A stretch of DNA of 38,194 bases, from assembly GCA_963559965.1 (NCBI GenBank), contig CAUWNO010000001.1:1-38194 (forward strand), read 5' to 3'. Below, in pieces: positions 18,722 through 28,054 of the stretch (position 1 is its first letter; every line of letters starts with the position of its first letter). The position numbers and the translations under genes are program-made. This DNA is from an uncultured Lachnospiraceae bacterium (GTDB lineage: Bacteria > Bacillota > Clostridia > Lachnospirales > Lachnospiraceae). The notes beneath the pieces are model-generated. The model saw only the letters and a program-made list of their open reading frames with translations, did no database searches and was not told where the DNA came from.

Positions 18722-19257
18722 ACGATATTTCCTCTTTCCTTCAGCTGAAGAGGTATTCCGCAGACGACTTCCGTTACTTCCTGCGCGCAAAGGGCAAGCT
18801 CCCGGTTTATCTGTCCCAGATATCTCTGATACAGCTCTGTTGTTTTATCATATGTGATTCCGTCAGAAAAGATATCGTTCGTGACAATCACCAGATCCCG
18901 GCACTGTCTTTCCAATGCCGCCGCGCCTTCCAGAACTGCCTGCACAGTCCTCTCCTTCGCCCCCTCCGGCTCGAACATTTCATTTGCCGTCAGATTGGAA
19001 AGACACTCCAGAAGGGCGACGCCTTCTTTCGGAAGTTCCAATCCGGAAAGATCGGTATAGCGCTCTATCGTCTCAAAGCCCTTTCCTGCCCGGAGACGTC
19101 TGTGCCTTTCGACACGGCGTCTTCCTTCCTCTCCAAAAGGACGCATCGCAGCAATATAATAGAGCGGAAGACCCTTCTCTTCTGCAAGGCTTACCGCCGT
19201 ATTCTCTGCGTATTCTGACTTTCCACTTCCGCTTCCTCCTGTAACAAGTATCAGCAT
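18718..19257 (-). CDS. cobU: Adenosylcobinamide kinase / phosphate guanylyltransferase
   Basis: LVTGGSGSGKSEYAE, RVERHRRLR (His), LECLSNL, VVCGIP. Confidence 0.88.
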   Translation of the reverse strand: MLILVTGGSGSGKSEYAENTAVSLAEEKGLPLYYIAAMRPFGEEGRRRVERHRRLRAGKGFETIERYTDLSGLELPKEGVALLECLSNLTANEMFEPEGAKERTVQAVLEGAAALERQCRDLVIVTNDIFSDGITYDKTTELYQRYLGQINRELALCAQEVTEVVCGIPLQLKERGNIV

Positions 19258-20627
19258 ACTCTCTCCCTGCATTTCATCAAAAAATTTACCGCCGCTTCCG
19301 GATTAGAATAGAAGAAAAGATGCGGAAATCCTGCATACAGACTTTCACTGCCGTGAACGCAGTCCCAGCCTCTGCTTCCCACGGGCTTCTGCGCCCGCAT
19401 ATCTGTTCCGCAGCTTTCACTTTCCCAGTAGTGGAATTCGTGTCCCCTCAGCGTTTCTCCTTTGCGAAGCAGAAGCTGATCCTTCTGCGCCGTCAGCGTA
19501 ATATAGCCGAAACGTCCAAGCCTGTCTGTCCGAAATGCGCCGGCGTCCAACACTCCTGCCATAGGGTAGGACTTTCCGTCTTCCCCCTCCAGCGTTTTAT
19601 GAAGATAGAGGAAGCCTCCGCATTCTGCAATACATGGAAGCCCTCCTCTTACCGCCTTGTTTATGGAATCAAGCATCGAAGTATTCCGGCTGAGTCTTTC
19701 CGCATGAAGCTCCGGATAACCTCCGCTTAAAATCATTCCCTGCACATTGTCTGGAAGCTCTCTGTCTTCGAGCGGGGAAAAGGGGATGATCTCGGCTCCC
19801 AGATCGTTAAGAAGCCTGATATTATCCCGGTAAGTGAAGCAGAACGCGTCGTCCTTTGCCAGAGCGATACGAATCTTTTCTTCTCCCTCTTTCCGGTGCG
19901 GAAGAGAAGGCAGAGCAGGCTTCCGGAACGTGAAGTCCGGCGCCTCATATGCAATCGCCATCAGCGCGTCCAGGTCAAGATACTTCTCCAGCATTTCCGC
20001 CAGATCCTGAAGCTTTTCTTTAAGCTTTTCTACCTCTCCGGGAAGCACAAGACCAAGATGGCGGCTTTCCAGCACAAGCTCTTTCAGCTTCGGCACACAG
20101 CCCAGCACCCGGACGGGAAAAAGCCCTTCTATCTGCGTCTTTATTTCTTCCAAAAGCGAGGGTGGAAACTGATTGAGGATAACGCCGCGTATTCTCTGGG
20201 GACGCTCAAATTCGAGAAAGCCTTTGATAAGCGGAAGAACCGACCGGCTCATCCCGCGGCAGTTTACCACAAGAACAACGGGCATATCAAGAACTGCGGC
20301 AGCCTCTGCGGAACTCGCCCGCTCTGACACGCCTCCCAGACCGTCGAAATAGCCCATGACTCCCTCTGCCACAGAGATCTCCGCTTCCTGCGCTTCACGT
20401 CCGAAGAGATAGCGCGTCGTCTCCCTGTCTGTAAAAAAAGTATCGATATTCCCTGAGCGAGTACCGATCACACGGCTGTGAAACAGCGGATCAATGTAAT
20501 CAGGGCCGCATTTAAAAGATGCTGTCTTATACCCTCTGTTTACAAGAGCCTGCAGGATTCCGCAGGTGATAAGCGTCTTTCCGCTTCCGCTGGACGGAGC
20601 CGCAATCATAACTCTCGGCAGCTTCAT
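19251..20627 (-). CDS. cbiA: Cobyrinate a,c-diamide synthase
   Basis: SGSGKT, FKCGPDYIDP, EGVMG, SRHLGL, GGYPE, AECGG, GHEFHY. Confidence 0.95.
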   Translation of the reverse strand: MKLPRVMIAAPSSGSGKTLITCGILQALVNRGYKTASFKCGPDYIDPLFHSRVIGTRSGNIDTFFTDRETTRYLFGREAQEAEISVAEGVMGYFDGLGGVSERASSAEAAAVLDMPVVLVVNCRGMSRSVLPLIKGFLEFERPQRIRGVILNQFPPSLLEEIKTQIEGLFPVRVLGCVPKLKELVLESRHLGLVLPGEVEKLKEKLQDLAEMLEKYLDLDALMAIAYEAPDFTFRKPALPSLPHRKEGEEKIRIALAKDDAFCFTYRDNIRLLNDLGAEIIPFSPLEDRELPDNVQGMILSGGYPELHAERLSRNTSMLDSINKAVRGGLPCIAECGGFLYLHKTLEGEDGKSYPMAGVLDAGAFRTDRLGRFGYITLTAQKDQLLLRKGETLRGHEFHYWESESCGTDMRAQKPVGSRGWDCVHGSESLYAGFPHLFFYSNPEAAVNFLMKCRERVC

Positions 20628-22639
20628 TCTGTTGCCCCCTTTCCTTTGCAGCTGAAAATGTAAACGGGATTCTGCCCAGTCATTAAGTGATACGAACCTG
20701 CCCGGCGCGCTCTAGACGCCTGAATCTGTATAATCTCCGTATCTTCCACTGTCAATTCCTTCAGGCAGGCATTTGCCTCGCCTGCCGTCTCCAGCGTAAC
20801 CGCATTGATCACAATTCGGGCTTCAGGATTTTTTTCAAAAATCACGCGCAGAATTTCTTTCAGGTTCCCGGAAGAGCCTCCGATAAACACATGTGTAGGA
20901 GCCGGAAGATCTGCAAGAGCCTCCGGTGCGCTTCCTTCTATGACTTCCACGTTGGGCGTACCGAATTTGCGGCAGTTCTCTCCTATGAGCGCGGCGGCCT
21001 CCGGCTTTTTCTCGATGGCATACACACAGCCCTCCGAAGCCTGCAAAGCCATTTCCACTGTAACTGAGCCTGTCCCGGCTCCTACGTCCCAGACAACGGA
21101 ATCCCTCTGAAGCCCCAGCTTTGCCACCGACAGCCCCCTCACCTCGCATTTTGTCATGGGCGCGCCGCCCCTGATAAACTCTTCGTCCGGAATTGCCAGA
21201 CGCACCCCTTTAAAGCAGCCGCTGTTCTCGATAAGTGCTACGCACAGCCCATCGTACGTTCCTTCCATCAGCTTTTCAGGGCTTCCCTCTGTAATGCGTT
21301 CATCCGGATAATGAAGGCGCTCTCCCACATAGATTTTTACGCCGCCAAGTCCGTGTTCCATAAGCCGGGCGCACAGCGACTGTACTGTGTCCCTTCCTCC
21401 CAGAAGGGTAAACGTCCGGAAATGGCTTCTTACTGCCGCGATCAGATTTTCTTTTCGCCCGTGTACGCTCATCAGCTTTACATCTTCCCAGGGAAGCTTC
21501 AACCTGCTGCAGAAATACGACACAGAGGAAATTCCCGCGATAAGCTCCGTCTCGATGCCTTCCGCTTCAAAAGACGCGATAAGACGCTTTGCTCCGCTGT
21601 AGAAACCCGGATCTCCGGAAAGGGCAACTGCTATTTTCCCATACTCCGGATGTTCTTTTACATAGGCTGTCATCTTTACCGGATCGTAGGCATCGAAAAG
21701 CGGTTTCCCGAATCCCCGAAACATATCGAGCATCCTGCCCGATCCCAGAATACAGTCTGCCTCCTCAAATCTTCGGAGCGCCTCCTGCGTCAGCGTATCT
21801 TCTGTTCCCATTCCGATTCCCACAAGCCACGCTTTCCGTTTTCCGGAAAAAGACAAATCCCCGCTGATTCCGAAGCGCTCCTTCAAAAGGAGCACGCCTT
21901 CCTCCACAGAAATTCCCTCCTGCTCCGGCGGTCTTCCTATCAGAACGACGGCTGCTCCTGCCTCTCTTGCAGCCTCCAGCTTTTCAATAAAGCCGCCTGC
22001 GCGCCCCGATTCCTTTGTCACAAGATAGCGCGCCCCTGTCTGTCTGAGCATGGCTGTATTCAGTTCTTTTGAAAACGGTCCCTGCATGCAGATCAGATGG
22101 CATCCCGTAAAACCAAGCTCGGTACACTGCTTTACAACCTCCGGAGAAGCTAGAACACGGGCGTAAACCCTCTCCTGAAAATCGGGAATCACCGTATATT
22201 TATGAAGCTCCTTACTTCCCGTCGTGACGAGAACAGAGCCTTTTGTCCCTGCAAGATACGCCGCCGCTTCTTCCACACTGCCGACGCAAATTAAATCTCC
22301 TTTTTCCTCTCCTCTGTCTTCCTTAAGTTCAGAAGGACGGATAAGACGCAGATATTCTGCTCCCGCCGCATGGCAGGCGCCGCGGATGTTTTCTGATACA
22401 ACGGAAGCATACGGATGCGTCAAGTCTACGACGAGAGGTCTTCCTTCCTCCTCAAAGACCTCGCACATCCTTTCCGGCGTCATTCTTCCCCGGCAGACGC
22501 TCAGATGCGGAATTTCCTCCACAAGCTGTCTGCCGTACTCCGTAGCCACGCTGCAAAGCGTCTCTACTCCCTGACGCGCCAGCCACTCGCTGACCAGCCG
22601 CCCTTCCGTTGTTCCTGCAAATACGATTACCTGCTTCAT
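20624..22639 (-). CDS. cbiJET: Triple fusion: cobalt-precorrin-6A reductase (CbiJ) + precorrin-7 methyltransferase (CbiE) + precorrin-6B methyltransferase/decarboxylase (CbiT)
   Basis: FAGTTEG, THPYA, QGPFS, TKESG (CbiJ); LVGIGMG, SGDPGFYS, SVHGR (CbiE); PMTK.EVR, DVGAGTGS, FIGGS (CbiT). Confidence 0.88.
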   Translation of the reverse strand: MKQVIVFAGTTEGRLVSEWLARQGVETLCSVATEYGRQLVEEIPHLSVCRGRMTPERMCEVFEEEGRPLVVDLTHPYASVVSENIRGACHAAGAEYLRLIRPSELKEDRGEEKGDLICVGSVEEAAAYLAGTKGSVLVTTGSKELHKYTVIPDFQERVYARVLASPEVVKQCTELGFTGCHLICMQGPFSKELNTAMLRQTGARYLVTKESGRAGGFIEKLEAAREAGAAVVLIGRPPEQEGISVEEGVLLLKERFGISGDLSFSGKRKAWLVGIGMGTEDTLTQEALRRFEEADCILGSGRMLDMFRGFGKPLFDAYDPVKMTAYVKEHPEYGKIAVALSGDPGFYSGAKRLIASFEAEGIETELIAGISSVSYFCSRLKLPWEDVKLMSVHGRKENLIAAVRSHFRTFTLLGGRDTVQSLCARLMEHGLGGVKIYVGERLHYPDERITEGSPEKLMEGTYDGLCVALIENSGCFKGVRLAIPDEEFIRGGAPMTKCEVRGLSVAKLGLQRDSVVWDVGAGTGSVTVEMALQASEGCVYAIEKKPEAAALIGENCRKFGTPNVEVIEGSAPEALADLPAPTHVFIGGSSGNLKEILRVIFEKNPEARIVINAVTLETAGEANACLKELTVEDTEIIQIQASRARRAGSYHLMTGQNPVYIFSCKGKGATE

Positions 22640-22649
22640 TCTTTTCTCC

Positions 22650-23696
22650 CTATCTGAATTTTACCGTATATTCTTCCTGTGCAGCGGCGACAGTCACGCC
22701 GTTTTCCGCCGTCTTCGCTACGAGAAGACGCCTGGATCCTGACGCTTTCACGGCGCTTCTTTCGCACACATTTCCCACGCCCGTCGTTTTCTTCACAAAT
22801 TCCGACTCTTCAAAGCTCTCGTCGCTCTCTGTATCAAGAAGCTCCTGCGCGCTGTAGGTGAAAAGGGGAATCTGCCAGTCACGGCAAAACTCCCTGAGTC
22901 CCGGCTCATCCTTTTTTAAATCAATAGAAGCCGCCTTTGCTACGCTGTGCTCCGAAAGATGATGTTCCCGGAGCACCTTCCTTACCAGCTCTTCTATCGC
23001 CTCTTTTTTCGTCCCTCTGCGGCAGCCGATTCCCAGGACAAGTACGCGGGGAACGAGGTGAAGCGTCTCGGGAAATGGATTTTTCCTGTCATCCAGAGAA
23101 ATGCTGATTCCTGTTCCGTCCCGCTTTTCCAGAGAAAGCTCCGGCGGAAGACTTCCCTCTGTCTCGAAATCACTGGAAAATCCTATGGTATGATTTTCGA
23201 GAATATCTGCTGCAATTTTCTTTGCCAGTTTCAGGCTGTCGAGACTGAGATTTTCTCTTCTTGCAAAATCATCTACCGAAAACCGTCCTCCGGAGTCCGT
23301 CGCCGTCGTAATGACAGGAACTGCTCCGCACAGATCGGCTATCTCTCTTGTCAGCTCGTTGGCCCCTCCCAGATGACCGGAAAGAAGAGAGATCACAAAA
23401 CGTCCCTGCTCATCCATACACAATACTGCCGGATCCGAAGATTTATCCATTACAAAAGGCGCGATTGCCCGTACCGCAATCCCGGCGGCTCCGATGAAAA
23501 GAAGAGCGTCAGCCTCCCGAAAAGCGCTTTTGGTCCACTCCCGAAGCGTTCTCTCCTCGACGGGAAGTCCCCACTCCTTTGCCTTCTTTCCTTTTGCCCC
23601 TGCCTCACAGCTATGCCCTTTTTCTGTCATCATTTTTTGAATCTGCAGGGCATAAGCACTGCCCGCTCTCGTAAATGCAAGAATCGCCAGTTTCAT
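22650..23696 (-). CDS. cbiG: Cobalt-precorrin-5A hydrolase
   Basis: GIAVRAIAP, K..DPAV, LSGHLGGAN, VITTATD, GIGCRRG, VCE. Confidence 0.93.
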   Translation of the reverse strand: MKLAILAFTRAGSAYALQIQKMMTEKGHSCEAGAKGKKAKEWGLPVEERTLREWTKSAFREADALLFIGAAGIAVRAIAPFVMDKSSDPAVLCMDEQGRFVISLLSGHLGGANELTREIADLCGAVPVITTATDSGGRFSVDDFARRENLSLDSLKLAKKIAADILENHTIGFSSDFETEGSLPPELSLEKRDGTGISISLDDRKNPFPETLHLVPRVLVLGIGCRRGTKKEAIEELVRKVLREHHLSEHSVAKAASIDLKKDEPGLREFCRDWQIPLFTYSAQELLDTESDESFEESEFVKKTTGVGNVCERSAVKASGSRRLLVAKTAENGVTVAAAQEEYTVKFR

Positions 23697-23706
23697 GCCT
23701 TACTCC

Positions 23707-24867
23707 TTACTCTCTTCCGTCAAATTCCCGTTCCAGGCAGCTTATCAGTCTCTCTGCGTCTTCTGACTGCCCCAGTCTTCCGTATACCTGTGAAAAGATC
23801 AGAATTCCTCTCTCCAGACTTTTTCCGCTTCTGTGATCCACATAAAATTCCATACGTTCCAGAAGACGCTCCATTACCTTTTCCAAAAGACCTTTTTCTT
23901 TTAATATCTCCAGAGCCTCATCCGTCGTAATGCAGTTCATCAGCGCCTCTGCCGTCTCCCGGTCTGCTCCCAGCACTGCCGCATGAGCTGTCAGAATCTC
24001 CATCCGGGAATCTGCATTTCTCGAATGAGTATTCATAATTCCCCCTGCCAGCTTTACAAGCTTTCCGATATGTCCCACAAGAAGAATCCCCTTTGCTCCG
24101 TATTCTGCGGCGGCGTCTAGCGCTTCCCCGAGAAAATTGCTGTATTTTACGGACCGCCTCAGAAGATCCGGATGATAATCGTCGAGAAAATCGAGTCCAT
24201 AGTTTCCCGGAACAAGAACAAGATACTTTCTGCCGCCGGAAAGCTGCATCCTGATATCGACACGGATCGTCTCTATCAACGCTTCCTCACTCATAGGCTC
24301 CACAATTCCGCTGGTTCCCAGAACGGAAATACCGCCTTTGATTCCGAGCCGCGGATTAAAGGTCTTCTCTGCAAGCTTTTCCCCTCCGGGTATGGATATC
24401 GTCACCTCCATACCGCCTGAATAGCCGTATTCTGCGCAGACCTCTTCCACGCCTTCCCGTATCATCCGGCGCGGGACCTGATTGATCGCCGCCGCGCCCA
24501 CAGGCTGTTCCAGACCCTGACGTGTAACGCGTCCGACGCCCTCTCCTCCGTCTATATGGACTCCCGGCGCTTCTGTCCTTCTGACAGAGGCATAGATAAG
24601 AAGACCATCTGTAACGTCCGGGTCGTCTCCCGCATCCTTTTTTATCGCGCAGGACGCCTCTGCCTCTGAAATCTGAGCATCCAGAACTTCCAGCTGCAGG
24701 CGTATTCCCTTTGGCGTCATCAGACTGACCTCCGGGATCTGTCTTCCGTTTAAAAGCATCCAGGCCGCAGCTTTGGAAGCCGCGGCCGCACAGGAGCCTG
24801 TCGTATAGCCCATACGCATTTTTTTATTATTTTTATATACAAACTCATTCAGCATACAGTCTGTCAC
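23707..24867 (-). CDS. cbiD: Cobalt-precorrin-5B C1-methyltransferase
   Basis: GYTTGSCAAAA, KDAGDDPDVT, NPRLGIKGGISVLGTSGIVEP, GHIGKLVK. Confidence 0.95.
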   Translation of the reverse strand: MTDCMLNEFVYKNNKKMRMGYTTGSCAAAASKAAAWMLLNGRQIPEVSLMTPKGIRLQLEVLDAQISEAEASCAIKKDAGDDPDVTDGLLIYASVRRTEAPGVHIDGGEGVGRVTRQGLEQPVGAAAINQVPRRMIREGVEEVCAEYGYSGGMEVTISIPGGEKLAEKTFNPRLGIKGGISVLGTSGIVEPMSEEALIETIRVDIRMQLSGGRKYLVLVPGNYGLDFLDDYHPDLLRRSVKYSNFLGEALDAAAEYGAKGILLVGHIGKLVKLAGGIMNTHSRNADSRMEILTAHAAVLGADRETAEALMNCITTDEALEILKEKGLLEKVMERLLERMEFYVDHRSGKSLERGILIFSQVYGRLGQSEDAERLISCLEREFDGRE

Positions 24868-24875
24868 TCTCGATC

Positions 24876-24915
24876 TTATTCTGCCTTCTGTTTATTCTGA
24901 CATCTGTTTATTCTG
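24876..24915. repeat. Short tandem repeat, 16-bp period, about 2.5 copies
   Basis: TTATTCTG at 24876, 24892 and 24908; TCTGTTTATTCTG at 24887 and 24903. Confidence 0.7.
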
Positions 24916-24919
24916 GCGT

Positions 24920-26296
24920 CTACATGGAAATAAAGCCAAATACATTTGCTACGGAGCTTATCAGAATGATTGCCACAAAAACAGGACAGAGATATTTGAT
25001 CATTACGTTAAAAATTTTCTTTCTCTTAAAAGACGCTCCGCCCTGTTCTACCTCTTCCGCAATCTTGTCCACGCCCACTGTGCGTACCACCAGAAGGCAG
25101 ATAGCAAGCGCTGCAATCGGCATCATTACGGAGTTTGTCAAAAAGTCAAAGAAATCAAGGAAGGGCATTCCGATAATCGTGATAAAGGACAGCGGTCCGT
25201 ATCCGAGAGAAGAAAGGCTTCCTAGAATAATCATAATAATACCAATCACTATCGTAGCCTTTTTCCGTCCCCAGCCAAGCTCGTCTTCAAAAGTAGATAC
25301 CGCGCTTTCTGTCAGAGCAATCGCACTTGTCAGCGCTGCAAACAGAACAAGAATGAAGAACAGAATTCCTGTAAGCGTTCCGATTCCCATACTGTCAAAA
25401 ACTTTGGGGAGCGTCACGAACATCAGGGACGGTCCTGCCTGCAGATTTTCCGGATTGCCGCCGGAAAACACAAAGACTGCCGGAATAATCATAAGTCCTG
25501 CCATAATCGCAATCGCCGTATCAAAAACCTCTACCTGCTCTGTCGCCTGCTCTACCGAAACGTCTTTCTTCATATAGGAACCGAAGGTCACCAGGATTCC
25601 CATGGCAATCGAAAGAGAATAGAACATCTGTCCCATGGCTGTCACGACTGTCATCCAGGAAAAATTCTCAAAATTCGGTACAAGAAGATATTTCACTCCC
25701 TCCATAGCGCCCTCTCGCGTCATGGAATAAATGGCAATCACTACGGCAAGCACCACAAGAATCGGCATCATAAATTTGGAAACTCTTTCAATTCCGTTTC
25801 TCACGCCTGCGTAAATAATCGCCAACACGATACCTGCAAAGATCAGAAAACAAATCTCTGCTCCGACGCCGTCAGAAATAAAATTGTTAAAGTACCCGTC
25901 TGCTGACAGTGCATGGGTGTTGCCGCGCACATATTCTGCAAGATATTTGATAACCCAGCCGCCAATCGTTGAATAATATGGAACAATCAACATCGGAATA
26001 ATCGCGTTAATCCATCCGCCAAAACGGAATTTCCATCCTTTCCCGAAGCTTGCAAAGGCTCCTACCGGGCTTTTTCCCGTCATACGTCCCAGAGACGTCT
26101 CCGCTACAATCATCGTATAACCAAAGGTTACCGCCAGCAGAATATAAATCAGCAGAAAGATTCCTCCGCCGTATTTTGCTGCAAGATAGGGAAATCTCCA
26201 GATATTTCCCAGTCCTACGGACGCCCCCGCCGCCGCAAGAACGAATCCTATCTTCCCCGAAAAGCTGCTTCTTTTGTTCTTTTTGTTACTCATCAC
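24920..26296 (-). CDS. Sodium-dependent transporter (NSS/SNF family)
   Basis: AAAGASVGLGNIWRFPY, GGG.FL..Y, GIER, QMFYSLS, GPSLMFVTLP, AALTS. Confidence 0.92.
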   Translation of the reverse strand: MMSNKKNKRSSFSGKIGFVLAAAGASVGLGNIWRFPYLAAKYGGGIFLLIYILLAVTFGYTMIVAETSLGRMTGKSPVGAFASFGKGWKFRFGGWINAIIPMLIVPYYSTIGGWVIKYLAEYVRGNTHALSADGYFNNFISDGVGAEICFLIFAGIVLAIIYAGVRNGIERVSKFMMPILVVLAVVIAIYSMTREGAMEGVKYLLVPNFENFSWMTVVTAMGQMFYSLSIAMGILVTFGSYMKKDVSVEQATEQVEVFDTAIAIMAGLMIIPAVFVFSGGNPENLQAGPSLMFVTLPKVFDSMGIGTLTGILFFILVLFAALTSAIALTESAVSTFEDELGWGRKKATIVIGIIMIILGSLSSLGYGPLSFITIIGMPFLDFFDFLTNSVMMPIAALAICLLVVRTVGVDKIAEEVEQGGASFKRKKIFNVMIKYLCPVFVAIILISSVANVFGFISM

Positions 26297-26349
26297 TCTT
26301 TCTCCCTTACTGTTCTGCGTTTTTTACGCAGAATTCTTTTTCCCGCAAT

Positions 26350-27420
26350 CTACTTCAGATGTTCATATGCCTCTACGCGGCTTTCATTCCATCCGGGCAG
26401 TCCATGATAAAGCGCCAGCGCATGTTTATAAAGGCTGTATGCCGTCACAGCTCCTGTTCCCTCTCCCAGATGCATCCCCGCATGAAGGGGCGCTTCCATG
26501 CCGAGGGCTTCCAGAAGCATACGTCCCGCAGGCTCTGCCGAACAGTGCGTCGCCCTCATATAGGGTATGCAGGCAGGAGCCAGCTTTGAAGCGCAAAGCG
26601 CCGCTACAGAAGATATAAAACCGTCTATCAGCACAGGAACTCTGCACAGAGCGCCTCCGATATAACAGCCGATCATTCCCGCTATATCAAGGCTTCCAAC
26701 CTTTGCCAGAACATCCAGAATATCTCCTCTGTCCGGACTGTTGACGCGTATCGCCTGACGAATCACTTCGATCTTATGGTCAAGCCCTGCGCTGGAAAGA
26801 CCTGCTCCCCGCCCTGTAACCTCTGCCGGATCTTTCTCAAGAAGAATTGACGCCATCGCGGAGCTGGGCGTTGTATTCCCGATTCCCATCTCCCCTGTGA
26901 TAATCATGTCATAGCCCCGGGCACAGAGTTCCTTTACTGTCTCGATTCCCGTAAGAATTCCCTTCACTGCCTCTTCTTCTGTCATGGCAGCTTCCTTCGC
27001 AATATTTCCCGTACCGTAACGGACCGGTCTGTTCAGAATGCGCGGGTGCTTTCCATCTGTCAGCATTCCGATATTGACAGGAATGACTTCGATTCCGAAG
27101 ATACGCGAAAGAACGCAGACCGAAGAAATACGTTCGCCCATATTTTCGAGAACCTGAGCCGTTACCTCGCTTCCCGTCTGGCTGACTCCTTCTGCCACTA
27201 CGCCGTTGTCTGCGCCCATAATCACAACAACCGGCTTCGGTTCACGGACATTCTCTGTTCCGTAAATGCCTGCAAGCTGGACAACCAGCTCCTCCAGCAT
27301 TCCCATACCGCGAAGCGGCTTACAGAGGGAATCCCAGTGTTTCCACGCATTATCCGCAGCCTTTTCGTCAAACGGTTCTATCTGCCGGATATATTCTTCC
27401 AGCCTTGCCTTTTCTTCCAT
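26350..27420 (-). CDS. cobT: Nicotinate-nucleotide--dimethylbenzimidazole phosphoribosyltransferase
   Basis: KP..MG.LE, ADNGV..EGVS, GEMGIGNTT, DGFIS, HCSAE, HLGEGTGA. Confidence 0.95.
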   Translation of the reverse strand: MEEKARLEEYIRQIEPFDEKAADNAWKHWDSLCKPLRGMGMLEELVVQLAGIYGTENVREPKPVVVIMGADNGVVAEGVSQTGSEVTAQVLENMGERISSVCVLSRIFGIEVIPVNIGMLTDGKHPRILNRPVRYGTGNIAKEAAMTEEEAVKGILTGIETVKELCARGYDMIITGEMGIGNTTPSSAMASILLEKDPAEVTGRGAGLSSAGLDHKIEVIRQAIRVNSPDRGDILDVLAKVGSLDIAGMIGCYIGGALCRVPVLIDGFISSVAALCASKLAPACIPYMRATHCSAEPAGRMLLEALGMEAPLHAGMHLGEGTGAVTAYSLYKHALALYHGLPGWNESRVEAYEHLK

Positions 27421-27421
27421 C

Positions 27422-28054
27422 TCAGCGACCTCCCTGATATAAAAGAGCGTTGCAGACAGCCGCCGCGATGTTGCTTCCGCCCTTTCTTCCTCTCGGAACG
27501 ATGTAGGGCACGCCTGCCGTCATAATCAGCTCCTTGGCTTCCACTACATTTACAAAGCCCACCGGGGCGCCGATAACCAGCTCCGGACGGATACGTCCCT
27601 CCCTGATCAGCTCGTAAAGGCGAATCAGAGCCGTAGGAGCGTTTCCCACCGCAATAATCAGAGGACCCTCAAGCTCTGCCGCTTTTTCCATGCAGACGGA
27701 CGCGCGCGTACAGCCTCTCTCCTTCGCAGCCTCCGCCACATCCGGAGCATCCATAAAGCAGTATACCTGACCGCCGCACTCTGCCATCCTCTTTTTATTG
27801 ATGCCGGAAGCAGCCATCTTCGTATCCGTCACGATGGACGCGCCTGATGCCAAAGCGTCCACTCCAAGCTGCGCGGCATTTTCGGAAAAACACAGGTTAT
27901 CAGCATAATCAAAATCTGCCGACGTATGGATACAGCGTTTTACAACAGAAAACTCCGGCTCCTTCCAGGTTCTTCCGTTCAGCTCCTTCGTAATGATTTC
28001 CATGCTGCGCTTCTCGATATCCATAGGTTTTACAATTTCTATCTTCTCTAACAT
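27422..28054 (-). CDS. cbiC: Cobalt-precorrin-8 methylmutase
   Basis: [32 protein letters not shown]. Confidence 0.95.
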   Translation of the reverse strand: MLEKIEIVKPMDIEKRSMEIITKELNGRTWKEPEFSVVKRCIHTSADFDYADNLCFSENAAQLGVDALASGASIVTDTKMAASGINKKRMAECGGQVYCFMDAPDVAEAAKERGCTRASVCMEKAAELEGPLIIAVGNAPTALIRLYELIREGRIRPELVIGAPVGFVNVVEAKELIMTAGVPYIVPRGRKGGSNIAAAVCNALLYQGGR

